Virus record (IMG/VR): IMGVR_UViG_3300022917_000021
Span: 1-33,131 of that record
Strand: one strand, 5' to 3'
Origin: a virus
Lineage: Duplodnaviria > Caudoviricetes
DNA: 33,131 nt
Part shown: positions 25,185-33,004 of the stretch, in pieces
How positions within the stretch are numbered: position 1 is the stretch's first letter
How the letters are laid out: each line of letters opens with the position of its first letter
The notes under the pieces: model-generated
Told to the model about the DNA's origin: nothing
The model's input: the letters and a program-made list of their open reading frames with translations, nothing else
Database searches by the model: none
Program-made: the position numbers and the translations under genes

Positions 25185-25456
25185 CAGTGACTCCCGCTCA
25201 CAAGCGCAAGACGAACGGCGCCTGCAGGTGTGGACTCGGCTGGCTTCGGTGCGTCCCAGTCCTGAGGACGGGCATGCGCCAATTGGAAATGGTCGCAGCC
25301 TCGTCCGCATCCCTGATGCTTTGCGAACCAGTCGTCCGCGTGCTTCATGCTCGCAGCTGTGTACTGGGCATCGTTGCCAGCACGCTCAGCCAGGCAAAGT
25401 GCGTCCTCGGGATTCTGGTGATGCGAGCAGACGAGGAAGAGGCGATTGGCGCTCAT
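25184..25456 (-). CDS. Hypothetical Cys/His-rich protein
   Basis: TGATG coupling on both sides; CxxH and HxxC. Confidence 0.7.
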   Translation of the reverse strand: MSANRLFLVCSHHQNPEDALCLAERAGNDAQYTAASMKHADDWFAKHQGCGRGCDHFQLAHARPQDWDAPKPAESTPAGAVRLALVSGSH

Positions 25457-25506
25457 CAGCACTTCTTCCCGGGCTTCTTCGGCTTCAGCAGGTCACGCAG
25501 CTTCAT
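25456..25506 (-). CDS. 16-aa basic micropeptide MKLRDLLKPKKPGKKC
   Basis: AAGGAG RBS; start and stop both overlap neighbouring genes. Confidence 0.5.
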   Translation of the reverse strand: MKLRDLLKPKKPGKKC

Positions 25507-25676
25507 GGCAACTCCTTGGGTCGGCACCGCAATTCAACCGGCCCCCAGCTCGTCTCGATCCACATGGGACTGAACTGCTTGCGAGCTCGTGCGGCCTGGC
25601 AGTGGCGGCAGTAGCGCGTGACGCGCGGCCGATAGCACTGGGGCGTTGCGCACTTCCTCGGGTCATTGACGCTCAC
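25503..25676 (-). CDS. Small Zn-finger-like protein
   Basis: CxxxxC...CxxC; stop overlaps the next ATG. Confidence 0.5.
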   Translation of the reverse strand: MSVNDPRKCATPQCYRPRVTRYCRHCQAARARKQFSPMWIETSWGPVELRCRPKELP

Positions 25677-26325
25677 ACCAGGCGAGTCGGTTCGCGGCGA
25701 GACGGGTGGTGACTTTGGCGGCGTTCTGCCGACCCTCCACCGTGCAGTAGATGTTTTGCTGAGCCGCTCCATCGACGGCCTCCGGGATCGCCAGTTTCGC
25801 GCACGAGCACTGAGCCCCGACCGCTACACGCTCGCCGTTGATCGCGGTGGTGTTGCGGGTGCCGTTTGAGCGCAGAGGGAATACAGGCCGGCTCGTCTGC
25901 GTGCCGTTCGCCCTCACCCGCCATACGATGGCAGGCGGACGCGTAGCCTCCAGCTGCCGTTTGGCGATCACTTCGAGGTCTGGATCTACCGTCGTGACGT
26001 TCCCCGCCCATAGGCTGTCTGCGTCGGTTTTGGACAGCGTCGAGGAGCTTGCGAGGATCGACTGCCAGCTCGGCAAGAGATCGCGGCGGTAGCCGTAGAA
26101 GTAATACCCGCCCCACGAATAGGCCTGGTCGCAGTAGTACGTGACGATGAAGCTTGCCTTGCTGGCATCGATCGACAGCCACTTCACGACGTTGGCGGGC
26201 TGGGTCGTCTGTTCAAAATTCGCGGCGCTCGTTTGATTCGGGTAGCAGGTTGGCGTCGCTGAAGAGGAGAGCGATGCGAACATGAGCCCGGCGAGTGCCG
26301 CGAAAAGGGTGAGAAGCCGCTTCAC
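25663..26325 (-). CDS. Secreted hypothetical protein
   Basis: Sec signal peptide MKRLLTLFAALAGLMFASLSSSA; six Cys. Confidence 0.75.
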   Translation of the reverse strand: MKRLLTLFAALAGLMFASLSSSATPTCYPNQTSAANFEQTTQPANVVKWLSIDASKASFIVTYYCDQAYSWGGYYFYGYRRDLLPSWQSILASSSTLSKTDADSLWAGNVTTVDPDLEVIAKRQLEATRPPAIVWRVRANGTQTSRPVFPLRSNGTRNTTAINGERVAVGAQCSCAKLAIPEAVDGAAQQNIYCTVEGRQNAAKVTTRLAANRLAWCERQ

Positions 26326-26690
26326 GGGGTGGTTCCGATACTGGCCGGCGCGGATGCGCGCTTCTGTGGAGGCTTGATGCAGGTGGTCTCGGTCTGCTTC
26401 AGCGACAGAGATCCAGGCACTTCGCTGTTGGTGTCCGTTGCGTAGAACGCCGCCCGAATGTAGTAGCAGCCGTCAGCAGGGAGCAGCGAGCCAGGAACCG
26501 TCGTTGCGAACGTTGAGGCAACGCGCTTGCCGGTCGAGTCGTAGACGATGTAGACAACCTTCTCGCCTGCAGCGAGTGGCTTGCCGTCATCCTCGTAAGT
26601 GGTCGAGGCAGGCCACACGAGGCCTCTGGAAGCAGCGGCAAACACTGAATTTGCGAACAGAATGCAGAGCAAGCCGAGGATGTACTTCAT
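26322..26690 (-). CDS. Secreted fibronectin-III-like protein
   Basis: Signal peptide; L.W.A.TT..DG.PL.....Y.VY...YY..A pattern. Confidence 0.7.
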   Translation of the reverse strand: MKYILGLLCILFANSVFAAASRGLVWPASTTYEDDGKPLAAGEKVVYIVYDSTGKRVASTFATTVPGSLLPADGCYYIRAAFYATDTNSEVPGSLSLKQTETTCIKPPQKRASAPASIGTTP

Positions 26691-26926
26691 CCAGCGATGA
26701 TGTTCGTTTTCGATTCCCGATGCAGCACAGGATCCTGCTCCCGAAGCAGTTCCCGCTTTTTCTGCTGGACCATTTCGCCGATGAGATGCGCGATATGGTC
26801 TTCGCTCATTCCAAGTTCCACAGCAAGAGCCTTGTAGCGTGTGCGGCGTGCAATCAGGTCAGCTTCGTACTCAAGGCGCGCGCGTTTCTCAGGCGTGTAC
26901 TTTGGGAAGTAAGATTTCCTCGTCAC
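26687..26926 (-). CDS. Small HTH protein (possible late regulator)
   Basis: YKALAVELGMSEDHI; GTG overlaps the rusA stop. Confidence 0.6.
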   Translation of the reverse strand: MTRKSYFPKYTPEKRARLEYEADLIARRTRYKALAVELGMSEDHIAHLIGEMVQQKKRELLREQDPVLHRESKTNIIAG

Positions 26927-27279
26927 GCGACCTGCTCCACGTACACGCGTGTCCCGCGCTCTTTGCCAGCGAACTGCTTGATCTCCGGCTCCCCTATGAC
27001 GCTCGGATTGTCGTCTGTGATGACGCCCTCCTGAACCAGCGAATCGAGCAGCGCCTTCATCCCGGCCCGGCAGTTGTCGGCGTCGAGGATGCGCGGGCCG
27101 TAGCGCTCGATGCGGATCTTCGCCTTGGCCCACTTCGGCGGGATGAAAATACTCGAGCGCCGAAGTGCGGCTTGCGTGAGTCGCCACCATCGTTTTCGCA
27201 GCGCGTGCTTCTTCGACCAGTGGTGACCGTAGTGCACGTTGATGCTTGGCGTCGGCTCATCGAACACCAGGACGATCAT
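26923..27279 (-). CDS. rusA: RusA-like Holliday junction resolvase
   Basis: PSIN, DADN....K...DSL...GVITDD motifs. Confidence 0.85.
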   Translation of the reverse strand: MIVLVFDEPTPSINVHYGHHWSKKHALRKRWWRLTQAALRRSSIFIPPKWAKAKIRIERYGPRILDADNCRAGMKALLDSLVQEGVITDDNPSVIGEPEIKQFAGKERGTRVYVEQVA

Positions 27280-27488
27280 GGCGGCTCACCGAAGATCCGC
27301 GTGTAGGCCTCGGCCATCGTCTCGGGCCTGCCCGTCGGCCCGCGCCACGCGATCACCGGGTCAAGTTCCATCACCGCAACCCGGATGCGCTCCTTGCGTG
27401 ACTCCGCGGTGGTGTCACCGTCCCACAGGTTCGTGATGCCGCAGCGCTTGGCAAGCTCGGTCTCGCCGTCGAAGAACGCGGACCTCAT
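27276..27488 (-). CDS. Hypothetical protein
   Basis: Coupled on both sides. Confidence 0.65.
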   Translation of the reverse strand: MRSAFFDGETELAKRCGITNLWDGDTTAESRKERIRVAVMELDPVIAWRGPTGRPETMAEAYTRIFGEPP

Positions 27489-27997
27489 CCGCCACCAAGA
27501 AGGCGCCGCGGGCCACTAGCAACTGGCCCTGTGAGTCCCAGCATCAAGTCGGGAAGCGCTTCGCGCGTGTCGCCAGCTTCCTGCATCACCTCGAAGTGCT
27601 CGGCGAATCGCTTCTCGAGAAAATGCAGCTTCTCGCTGTTGTACATCGCAATTGCTCGATAGCCGCCGACCGCACGCACGACACGATCGACAAACGGATC
27701 ACCGCTCGAAACACTCGGCCTCAGCTCTCGCCAGTCCCTAGCGGTTTCGCAGGCGAGAATCCATGCCTCGCCAGATGTCGGCCTTGCGGCCTTGCGAAGA
27801 TCCTCGAAGTCCTTTGGGGTCGGCATGAATTCGGAAGTGCGAACGAGTTGCTCAGCGGCGTCCAGGAAATCCCCCAGCTGCCAGTGCTGCAGAGTTCGCC
27901 AGTAAAGCTCCAGCGCCGGAGCCGATAGCTGCTTGCCTTTCAGCTCGGCGAAGCCGATCACAACCTCGATGAATTTTCTGCGGTCGTTCGGAATCAT
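27485..27997 (-). CDS. Replication accessory protein (DUF6475 / helicase-loader-like)
   Basis: FMPTP..F, EAW, VVRAVGGY, KRF motifs; follows the initiator. Confidence 0.7.
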   Translation of the reverse strand: MIPNDRRKFIEVVIGFAELKGKQLSAPALELYWRTLQHWQLGDFLDAAEQLVRTSEFMPTPKDFEDLRKAARPTSGEAWILACETARDWRELRPSVSSGDPFVDRVVRAVGGYRAIAMYNSEKLHFLEKRFAEHFEVMQEAGDTREALPDLMLGLTGPVASGPRRLLGGG

Positions 27998-28851
27998 TGG
28001 GGTCTCTCAGTGCGCCGCATGAACTCATCAGCGGCGGAAAGATTGTTGGCGAGCCGCGCATCGGCTTTCGTTGCCGGCAGGTCGTATGGATTCAGGAAGT
28101 GCTTACTGGGCCCGACGAATGTCGAGGCCTGCAGAACGCTCTCGGTGTGCTCTTTCCCGGTTGCGCGAACGAACGCCGCGTAGCGCCTGGCGCCATCGAG
28201 GATCTCAATCCACGAGTGGCCCTCACGGAGGCGAGCATTGATGGCCTTCTGCGCCCGGTCCCAAGGCTGGCTCCCCGCCCGCTTCGGGAAGATCGACTTC
28301 AGGTCGGAGAACTCGGCGCACTGCGTTGGCTGCGCAGCAGCCGGAGGTACCGAAGGTACCTTCTTTTCTAGTCTGGTCTGGTCTGGTCTAGTCTGGTCTG
28401 GTAACGCATCTGTAACGCCGTTGCGTTTCTCCGGCGTCACATCGTTAACGGCGGAGCGTATACGATGGCGCTGAACTCGCTTGGAAGTGAGCGCTTTTTT
28501 CTTCGCATCGGTGCCGTTATGTGCCTGAAAATCAGGAAGTCTTACGCTGTTCGCGTCGAGGACCTCAAGCCAGTCCGCGGGCATGAGCTTGGCGAAACCC
28601 TCGATGCCGACGAGTTGGTCTATTTCGTCGAGCGTGATGTCAAGTGTGTCGTCCTCGCGGATGTGCGAATCGGCGAACATCCACAGTTGCGCAAGGCCGC
28701 CTAACACCTGCGTTACCGCGTTTCGCTCGATGAAACGCATCTGCGTTACAGATGTAACGCTCTGCTCACTGCGCTTGAGTAGCGCATCGACGATGCGGGT
28801 GAAGCGCCTGTCCTCGCGCAAACCCTTTTCAAGCTTGATCCAGCCGCTCAT
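27994..28851 (-). CDS. Phage replication initiator (O-like)
   Basis: MSGWIKL N-terminus, central iteron/PDQTR linker, FPKRAG...FVG C-terminal domain. Confidence 0.8.
   Translation of the reverse strand: MSGWIKLEKGLREDRRFTRIVDALLKRSEQSVTSVTQMRFIERNAVTQVLGGLAQLWMFADSHIREDDTLDITLDEIDQLVGIEGFAKLMPADWLEVLDANSVRLPDFQAHNGTDAKKKALTSKRVQRHRIRSAVNDVTPEKRNGVTDALPDQTRPDQTRLEKKVPSVPPAAAQPTQCAEFSDLKSIFPKRAGSQPWDRAQKAINARLREGHSWIEILDGARRYAAFVRATGKEHTESVLQASTFVGPSKHFLNPYDLPATKADARLANNLSAADEFMRRTERPQ
28367..28450. repeat. Putative replication origin: seven TCT(G/A)G pentamers plus GTAACGC-type repeats
   Basis: TCTAG/TCTGG x7 at 28367-28401, then GTAACGC x2; related GCGTTAC/GTAACGC cluster at about 28709-28760. 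Confidence 0.6.
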
Positions 28852-29339
28852 ACCGAGCCTGTAAAAACGCCGAGCCCGCGAGCAGCTCGGCCAGGTATCC
28901 CGAGGGGGCCCGGGAGTGTCGGAAGAAACGGGAACGGCGGTTGCTGACCCTCTGCGCCGGCGCAAGCGCTAGGTGCTACGTCCAAGCCAAAAAAAAGAAC
29001 TTCGCGAGATAAAACAGAGCTTGGACGCAGTGAAGCTTGAATGCCCGCAAAGAAAGGCAGCTTTGCTGCACCGCGTTTAATTCCCGATAGGCGCAGAAAT
29101 GGGGCAGACTTGGCTTTATCGCATGTTAAAGTTTCGTTACCCTGACTAAAACAGCGCAGTTGCAGGAGCGGGAGTAACCCTGCGGCGAGGATGCGCGAGC
29201 CCAAGGAGTGGGCGCGGTAGAAAATCGACTTCATGGAGTGAGAGCAGATGAGAACCGCGCCGCGCGCTGCGCACCGTGAACTACCGGACGATTTCTTCTT
29301 GAACGCCCTGCATGAAGTGTGGAGCCGCGCTCCAGTCAC
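28848..29339 (-). CDS. Possible gene at the cII position
   Basis: GTGA overlap with the cro stop and ATGA overlap with the initiator, but atypical composition. Confidence 0.3.
   Translation of the reverse strand: MTGARLHTSCRAFKKKSSGSSRCAARGAVLICSHSMKSIFYRAHSLGSRILAAGLLPLLQLRCFSQGNETLTCDKAKSAPFLRLSGIKRGAAKLPFFAGIQASLRPSSVLSREVLFFGLDVAPSACAGAEGQQPPFPFLPTLPGPLGIPGRAARGLGVFTGSV
28863..28891 (-). terminator. Rho-independent terminator upstream of the initiator (tR-like)
   Basis: GCCGAGC/GCTCGGC stem followed by GTTTTT on the minus strand. Confidence 0.55.
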
Positions 29340-29554
29340 TGGAGGCGCTCCAACTCCGCTAGACGCCGCTCGAGCTTCGAGAGCGTTCCAACACGCGGAT
29401 TCGAAGCGTCGGGATGCTCCGCCAGGAATTTGCAAAGCCATGAGTACGTGACGCGAGCCTCGTAAGCGAGCTGCTCGCGCTTCACTTTTTTCTCGTTTAA
29501 CAAAGCGTTGGCTCTGCGCCGAAGGTCTACAACCATTTGCTCAGGACGTTCCAT
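29336..29554 (-). CDS. cro: Cro-like HTH repressor
   Basis: REQLAYEARVTYSWLCKF..NPRVGTLSKL; divergent from cI. Confidence 0.8.
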   Translation of the reverse strand: MERPEQMVVDLRRRANALLNEKKVKREQLAYEARVTYSWLCKFLAEHPDASNPRVGTLSKLERRLAELERLQ

Positions 29555-29561
29555 GTGCGTA

Positions 29562-29590
29562 TTGTTAGCAAAATATCGCTATGTCGTCTA
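29562..29590 (-). promoter_or_regulatory. PR-like promoter with operator
   Basis: TAGACG-17-TAACAA; operator TAGCAAAATATCGCTA at 29566-29581 lies in the spacer. Confidence 0.6.
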
Positions 29591-29649
29591 CGGCCATCCA
29601 ACTTCCACTACTGCGACAAACCGCTAGTCAGCGGCTATACCGTTGCTAT

Positions 29650-30009
29650 GTGGCTCCAAAACGTCCCAACACCCGTACGTCACTCGCGAACAACCTGAAA
29701 ACGCTCATGGTGATCCGTGAGTGGAACCAGGTTGAGCTCAGCCGGAAGTCCGGTGTGTCACAGCGAATGATCAGCGCGATACTCAGCCAGGAGTCTGGCT
29801 GCTCTGTAGAGACCGCAGACGCCCTAGCGCATACGTTTGGCCTCCAGGGCTGGCACCTGATCATGCCGAACCTTACTGAAGACCTGTTGAAGTCCAAGGC
29901 TGTTCAGGACCTCTTCGAGTCGTACGTGGGAGCTTCCAAGGAAGGCCGCGCACTCATCGATGCAATGGCGCTGCGCGAAAAGACCCTCCCCAAGCCCGCC
30001 GCCCCGTAA
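29650..30009 (+). CDS. cI: CI-like XRE repressor without an S24 peptidase domain
   Basis: LANNLK....WNQVELSRKSGVSQRMIS HTH; start uncertain (ATG 29581 or GTG 29650). Confidence 0.85.
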   Translation: MAPKRPNTRTSLANNLKTLMVIREWNQVELSRKSGVSQRMISAILSQESGCSVETADALAHTFGLQGWHLIMPNLTEDLLKSKAVQDLFESYVGASKEGRALIDAMALREKTLPKPAAP

Positions 30010-30047
30010 CCCGCTGATCGGTCTCTGACAGCCCGCCCGGACACGTG

Positions 30048-30111
30048 TTGCTGTATACCGCTAGCAATAAATTACTTGACGCCCCTCGTTAGACGTAGCA
30101 GTATATCGCTA
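30048..30111 (+). promoter_or_regulatory. PL-like promoter with operators
   Basis: TTGACG(30076)-17-CAGTAT; operators TTGCTGTATACCGCTA 30048-30063 and TAGCAGTATATCGCTA 30096-30111. Confidence 0.7.
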
Positions 30112-30139
30112 CACGCTGACGCACCAGCGCGGAGGGCAG

Positions 30140-30349
30140 ATGAACAGACTCACCATCGGACTTGCGCTTCTCGCCTTAGGCGGCTGCTCGATCTGCCAGA
30201 AGCACGAAACGGCCTGCTTCGTGGGCGCGACGATCCTCGCCGGATCGATCGTTGCCAGCCAGCACGGCCACAACAGCAACTCGGGTGTGGATGGACGTGA
30301 CTACACGATCATCCCGGTGGATTGCACGAACCCCCAGGTGTGCAAGTGA
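30140..30349 (+). CDS. Small lipoprotein, first gene of the PL operon
   Basis: GGAGG RBS, lipobox LGGC. Confidence 0.75.
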   Translation: MNRLTIGLALLALGGCSICQKHETACFVGATILAGSIVASQHGHNSNSGVDGRDYTIIPVDCTNPQVCK

Positions 30350-30594
30350 ACGCCGTGACTTCCTCCGAAGAGAGGATCAGCTACAGCGACGACAACGCGC
30401 TGTTCCAGATCGATGGCGACATTCTGATCGAAGTCGTAACGGATCGCGGCGGGTACACGCTGGCGGCTCAGTCGGTCGAGGGTGCGCGAGTCTGTATGTC
30501 TGCCCTTCGCGGCGCTGGCTGGACCTGCAAGTCCCGTGTCTGGCAGACGATCGCGAGCGGCAATAAGCCCGGCTACGTGGAGTGGCCGCTGTGA
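30346..30594 (+). CDS. Hypothetical protein
   Basis: GTGA coupling on both sides. Confidence 0.65.
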   Translation: MNAVTSSEERISYSDDNALFQIDGDILIEVVTDRGGYTLAAQSVEGARVCMSALRGAGWTCKSRVWQTIASGNKPGYVEWPL

Positions 30595-30788
30595 GCAACA
30601 TCTCTCAGGCAACCACTACGCCGGTTACGCGCGAGGCCATCGAAGCGCTCGCTGCGCAGGAAGGTAAGACCGTCCTTCAGACCATCAGCGAATTGCAGGC
30701 GGGTGCAGCGCTGCTCAACGACGACGAGGCAACGCTCGACGCTTTGTGCGCGATCAAGTGGGAACTGATCGAGGAGCTGGGACTGTGA
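30591..30788 (+). CDS. Hypothetical protein
   Basis: GTGA coupling. Confidence 0.7.
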   Translation: MSNISQATTTPVTREAIEALAAQEGKTVLQTISELQAGAALLNDDEATLDALCAIKWELIEELGL

Positions 30789-30997
30789 ATACCCGCTCCC
30801 GAGAAAAAATCAGCAGGCCAGGCCAACTGGATTACGTTGTGACCTGCGGACCAACCGCGAAATCCAGCGTGATCACACATCGATACGGCTCCCTGAGCGA
30901 CGCGCTTCAGGCGGCATTTGACGACTCTGCATCGTATCGGCTGCCGGCTACGGTGCACTTCGATGGTGCTCTGTACGCGACGGTGAAAGCCGAATGA
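30785..30997 (+). CDS. Hypothetical protein (starts MNTRSRE)
   Basis: GAGGAG RBS, coupled on both sides. Confidence 0.65.
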   Translation: MNTRSREKISRPGQLDYVVTCGPTAKSSVITHRYGSLSDALQAAFDDSASYRLPATVHFDGALYATVKAE

Positions 30998-31230
30998 ATA
31001 CCCGCTCCCAAGAAATCACGACCTCATCCGGCGAGGTGGTGAAGGTCCACACCGACCAGCCGAACCCGTACGGCAACGAATGGTCCGCGGTCGATGACAA
31101 CTACGACGCGGACTGGCAGGGCGAAGAGACCGGCTATGTCAGCTCGTCGCCGCGCGGCTGGGGCAAGACCGAAGCAGAAGCGATTGCCGATCTGATCGAA
31201 CAGATTGAGGAACGCCATGAAGCCCGTTGA
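30994..31230 (+). CDS. Hypothetical acidic protein (starts MNTRSQE)
   Basis: ATGA coupling; GWGKTEAEAIADL motif. Confidence 0.75.
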   Translation: MNTRSQEITTSSGEVVKVHTDQPNPYGNEWSAVDDNYDADWQGEETGYVSSSPRGWGKTEAEAIADLIEQIEERHEAR

Positions 31231-31435
31231 CCTCGTCAATCACGTGATCGATGTCATGCATAAGCCTCCCGCTGCACAAGACGTGACGCCGCTTGATCTG
31301 CTGCGGCTCGCCCGTGCCGAGTTTGAGCGCTATCGCGACTACGCAAGTGCCGGCGCGATGGAGATGTTCAGCTCTGCCGCGCTCGTGCGTGAACTGGTTG
31401 CTGAAGCGATTGACCGCATGGAGCAACAGTCGTGA
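31217..31435 (+). CDS. Hypothetical protein
   Basis: GAGG RBS, ATG 31217, coupled to the next gene. Confidence 0.7.
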   Translation: MKPVDLVNHVIDVMHKPPAAQDVTPLDLLRLARAEFERYRDYASAGAMEMFSSAALVRELVAEAIDRMEQQS

Positions 31436-32109
31436 GTGCGACAAGGGTAGAAGGGATGTCGCAGATCGCGGCGCTGTTCGTTGAAACCGACGGCCAGTAT
31501 TTCGGACTCGACGGCGTCGATGCATGGGACGAGGCGCGCGACGCGCGTACTTACGCCGGCCCGATCCCGGTTGTCGCTCACCCGCCCTGCCAGCGCTGGG
31601 GAAAGATGTGGTTCGGCCAGCCGCTGCACGTGAAGCGCACCGGTGAGCGCAAGCGCAAGGGCGATGACGGCGGATGCTTTGCCGCTGCACTCGCCGCCGT
31701 GCGCATGTGGGGCGGCATCCTCGAGCACCCGTGGGCATCGCATGCCTGGCCGCACTTCGGGCTGAACGTGCCCGCTCGTGATGGCGGCTGGATTGTTGCC
31801 GACATGCATGGCGGATGGACCTGCTGTGTCGAGCAGGGCCGCTACGGGCACTACGCACGCAAGCCGACGCTGCTCTACGCGGTCGGTTGCACGCTGCCGG
31901 AGCTCGACTGGGGTATCGGCGCATCGCGCCTTGATCCCGCCGTGATCACACGCATGGGGCTCAAGCGCGCAAAGAAGCTGGGCGAAGTCGGCTCGCGCGG
32001 TGGCGGCACCGACAGTACGCCACGCATCCACACGCCCGCGCAGTTCCGTGACCTGCTGCTGTCGATCGCGCGGACATCCCGGCCGATTGCCCAGGAGCGT
32101 GCAGCGTGA
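31432..32109 (+). CDS. Reduced DNA cytosine-C5 methyltransferase-like protein
   Basis: VAHPPCQ (motif IV-like), LEHP (motif VI-like), Q..YGH..RKPT (motif VIII-like). Confidence 0.65.
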   Translation: MSATRVEGMSQIAALFVETDGQYFGLDGVDAWDEARDARTYAGPIPVVAHPPCQRWGKMWFGQPLHVKRTGERKRKGDDGGCFAAALAAVRMWGGILEHPWASHAWPHFGLNVPARDGGWIVADMHGGWTCCVEQGRYGHYARKPTLLYAVGCTLPELDWGIGASRLDPAVITRMGLKRAKKLGEVGSRGGGTDSTPRIHTPAQFRDLLLSIARTSRPIAQERAA

Positions 32110-32140
32110 ATCGCCACATCCCGGATGAGGTTGTTTCGAA

Positions 32141-32386
32141 ATGAACGCCGCACGCATCCCAATCGTTGAGCCCGCGATCGCTCGCCCGAGTTACGACAAC
32201 ACGTTCCTCGGCTACGAGGCCGACTGGATCAACGCAAACATGGTCGACCTGCTGAGCTGGTGGGACACCTGCGGCCAGCATGACGGCATGACCGACCCGA
32301 AGGAATTCCCCTCGTTCGCGCGCAGCCAGCACGACCTGGAGCTCACGCGACGCGACGACTATCGCCGAACGCTCCGACAGTACTGA
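32141..32386 (+). CDS. Hypothetical protein
   Basis: GAGG RBS, ORF in operon. Confidence 0.65.
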   Translation: MNAARIPIVEPAIARPSYDNTFLGYEADWINANMVDLLSWWDTCGQHDGMTDPKEFPSFARSQHDLELTRRDDYRRTLRQY

Positions 32387-32393
32387 GGACCGT

Positions 32394-32636
32394 ATGAAGC
32401 TCTGCAATCCATTCAATGCTGAGTTCTGGGTGATGGACGAACCGAAGATGATGGTTCCGCCTGGGCCCGAGGCCATCCGTCAGGCGCACTGCTCGGCCCT
32501 CGCGCTCGAGGAAGACCGCGAGCAGTTGCGCGCCGACCTCATGCGGAAGATGCGCGAGAACCGCGAGGAAGCCGATCGCATCCACGCAATGCTGAACGAG
32601 CTGGACGCGTTGCGCATCCTGGAGAAAGCGTCGTGA
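32394..32636 (+). CDS. Hypothetical coiled-coil protein
   Basis: GAGGA RBS, coupled to the next gene. Confidence 0.7.
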   Translation: MKLCNPFNAEFWVMDEPKMMVPPGPEAIRQAHCSALALEEDREQLRADLMRKMRENREEADRIHAMLNELDALRILEKAS

Positions 32637-33004
32637 GCGAGTCATTCCGCGTGGGCGAGCTCGTTGAGCTGGTCTACTCGCGTTATCACTCCATGACCGT
32701 CCCGCGAGACGTAACCGTCGTTGCTCCGCTGGAACCGGCCTTCGACACCAATACCCGGTCCCAAGAAATCAGGAAGCCGGTCGCCGGCCAGATCTACCGC
32801 GAGAACGATATCCGCTTCGAGCGATACGTGCGCGTCGAGAAAGTCGGCGAGGGCCGGCGCAGCGTCGCAATCCGCACCGTGATGCTGGTTGGTGGTCGCT
32901 GGCTCGATGCTCCGCGCTCGCGCCTCAGCTACGCCGATGTCGAGCGATTCGGCGCGAAGCGTCGGAGCGGGTACAGCCTCTATGTCGCGGACGGTCGGCC
33001 ATGA
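32633..33004 (+). CDS. Hypothetical protein, probable two-module fusion
   Basis: Coupled on both sides; internal NTRSQEI repeat. Confidence 0.65.
   Translation: MSESFRVGELVELVYSRYHSMTVPRDVTVVAPLEPAFDTNTRSQEIRKPVAGQIYRENDIRFERYVRVEKVGEGRRSVAIRTVMLVGGRWLDAPRSRLSYADVERFGAKRRSGYSLYVADGRP

Noticed and set aside
26933-26948. Second parS-like site TGCTCCACGTACACGC
   Set aside because: Only one half-site matches, and it lies within rusA coding sequence.
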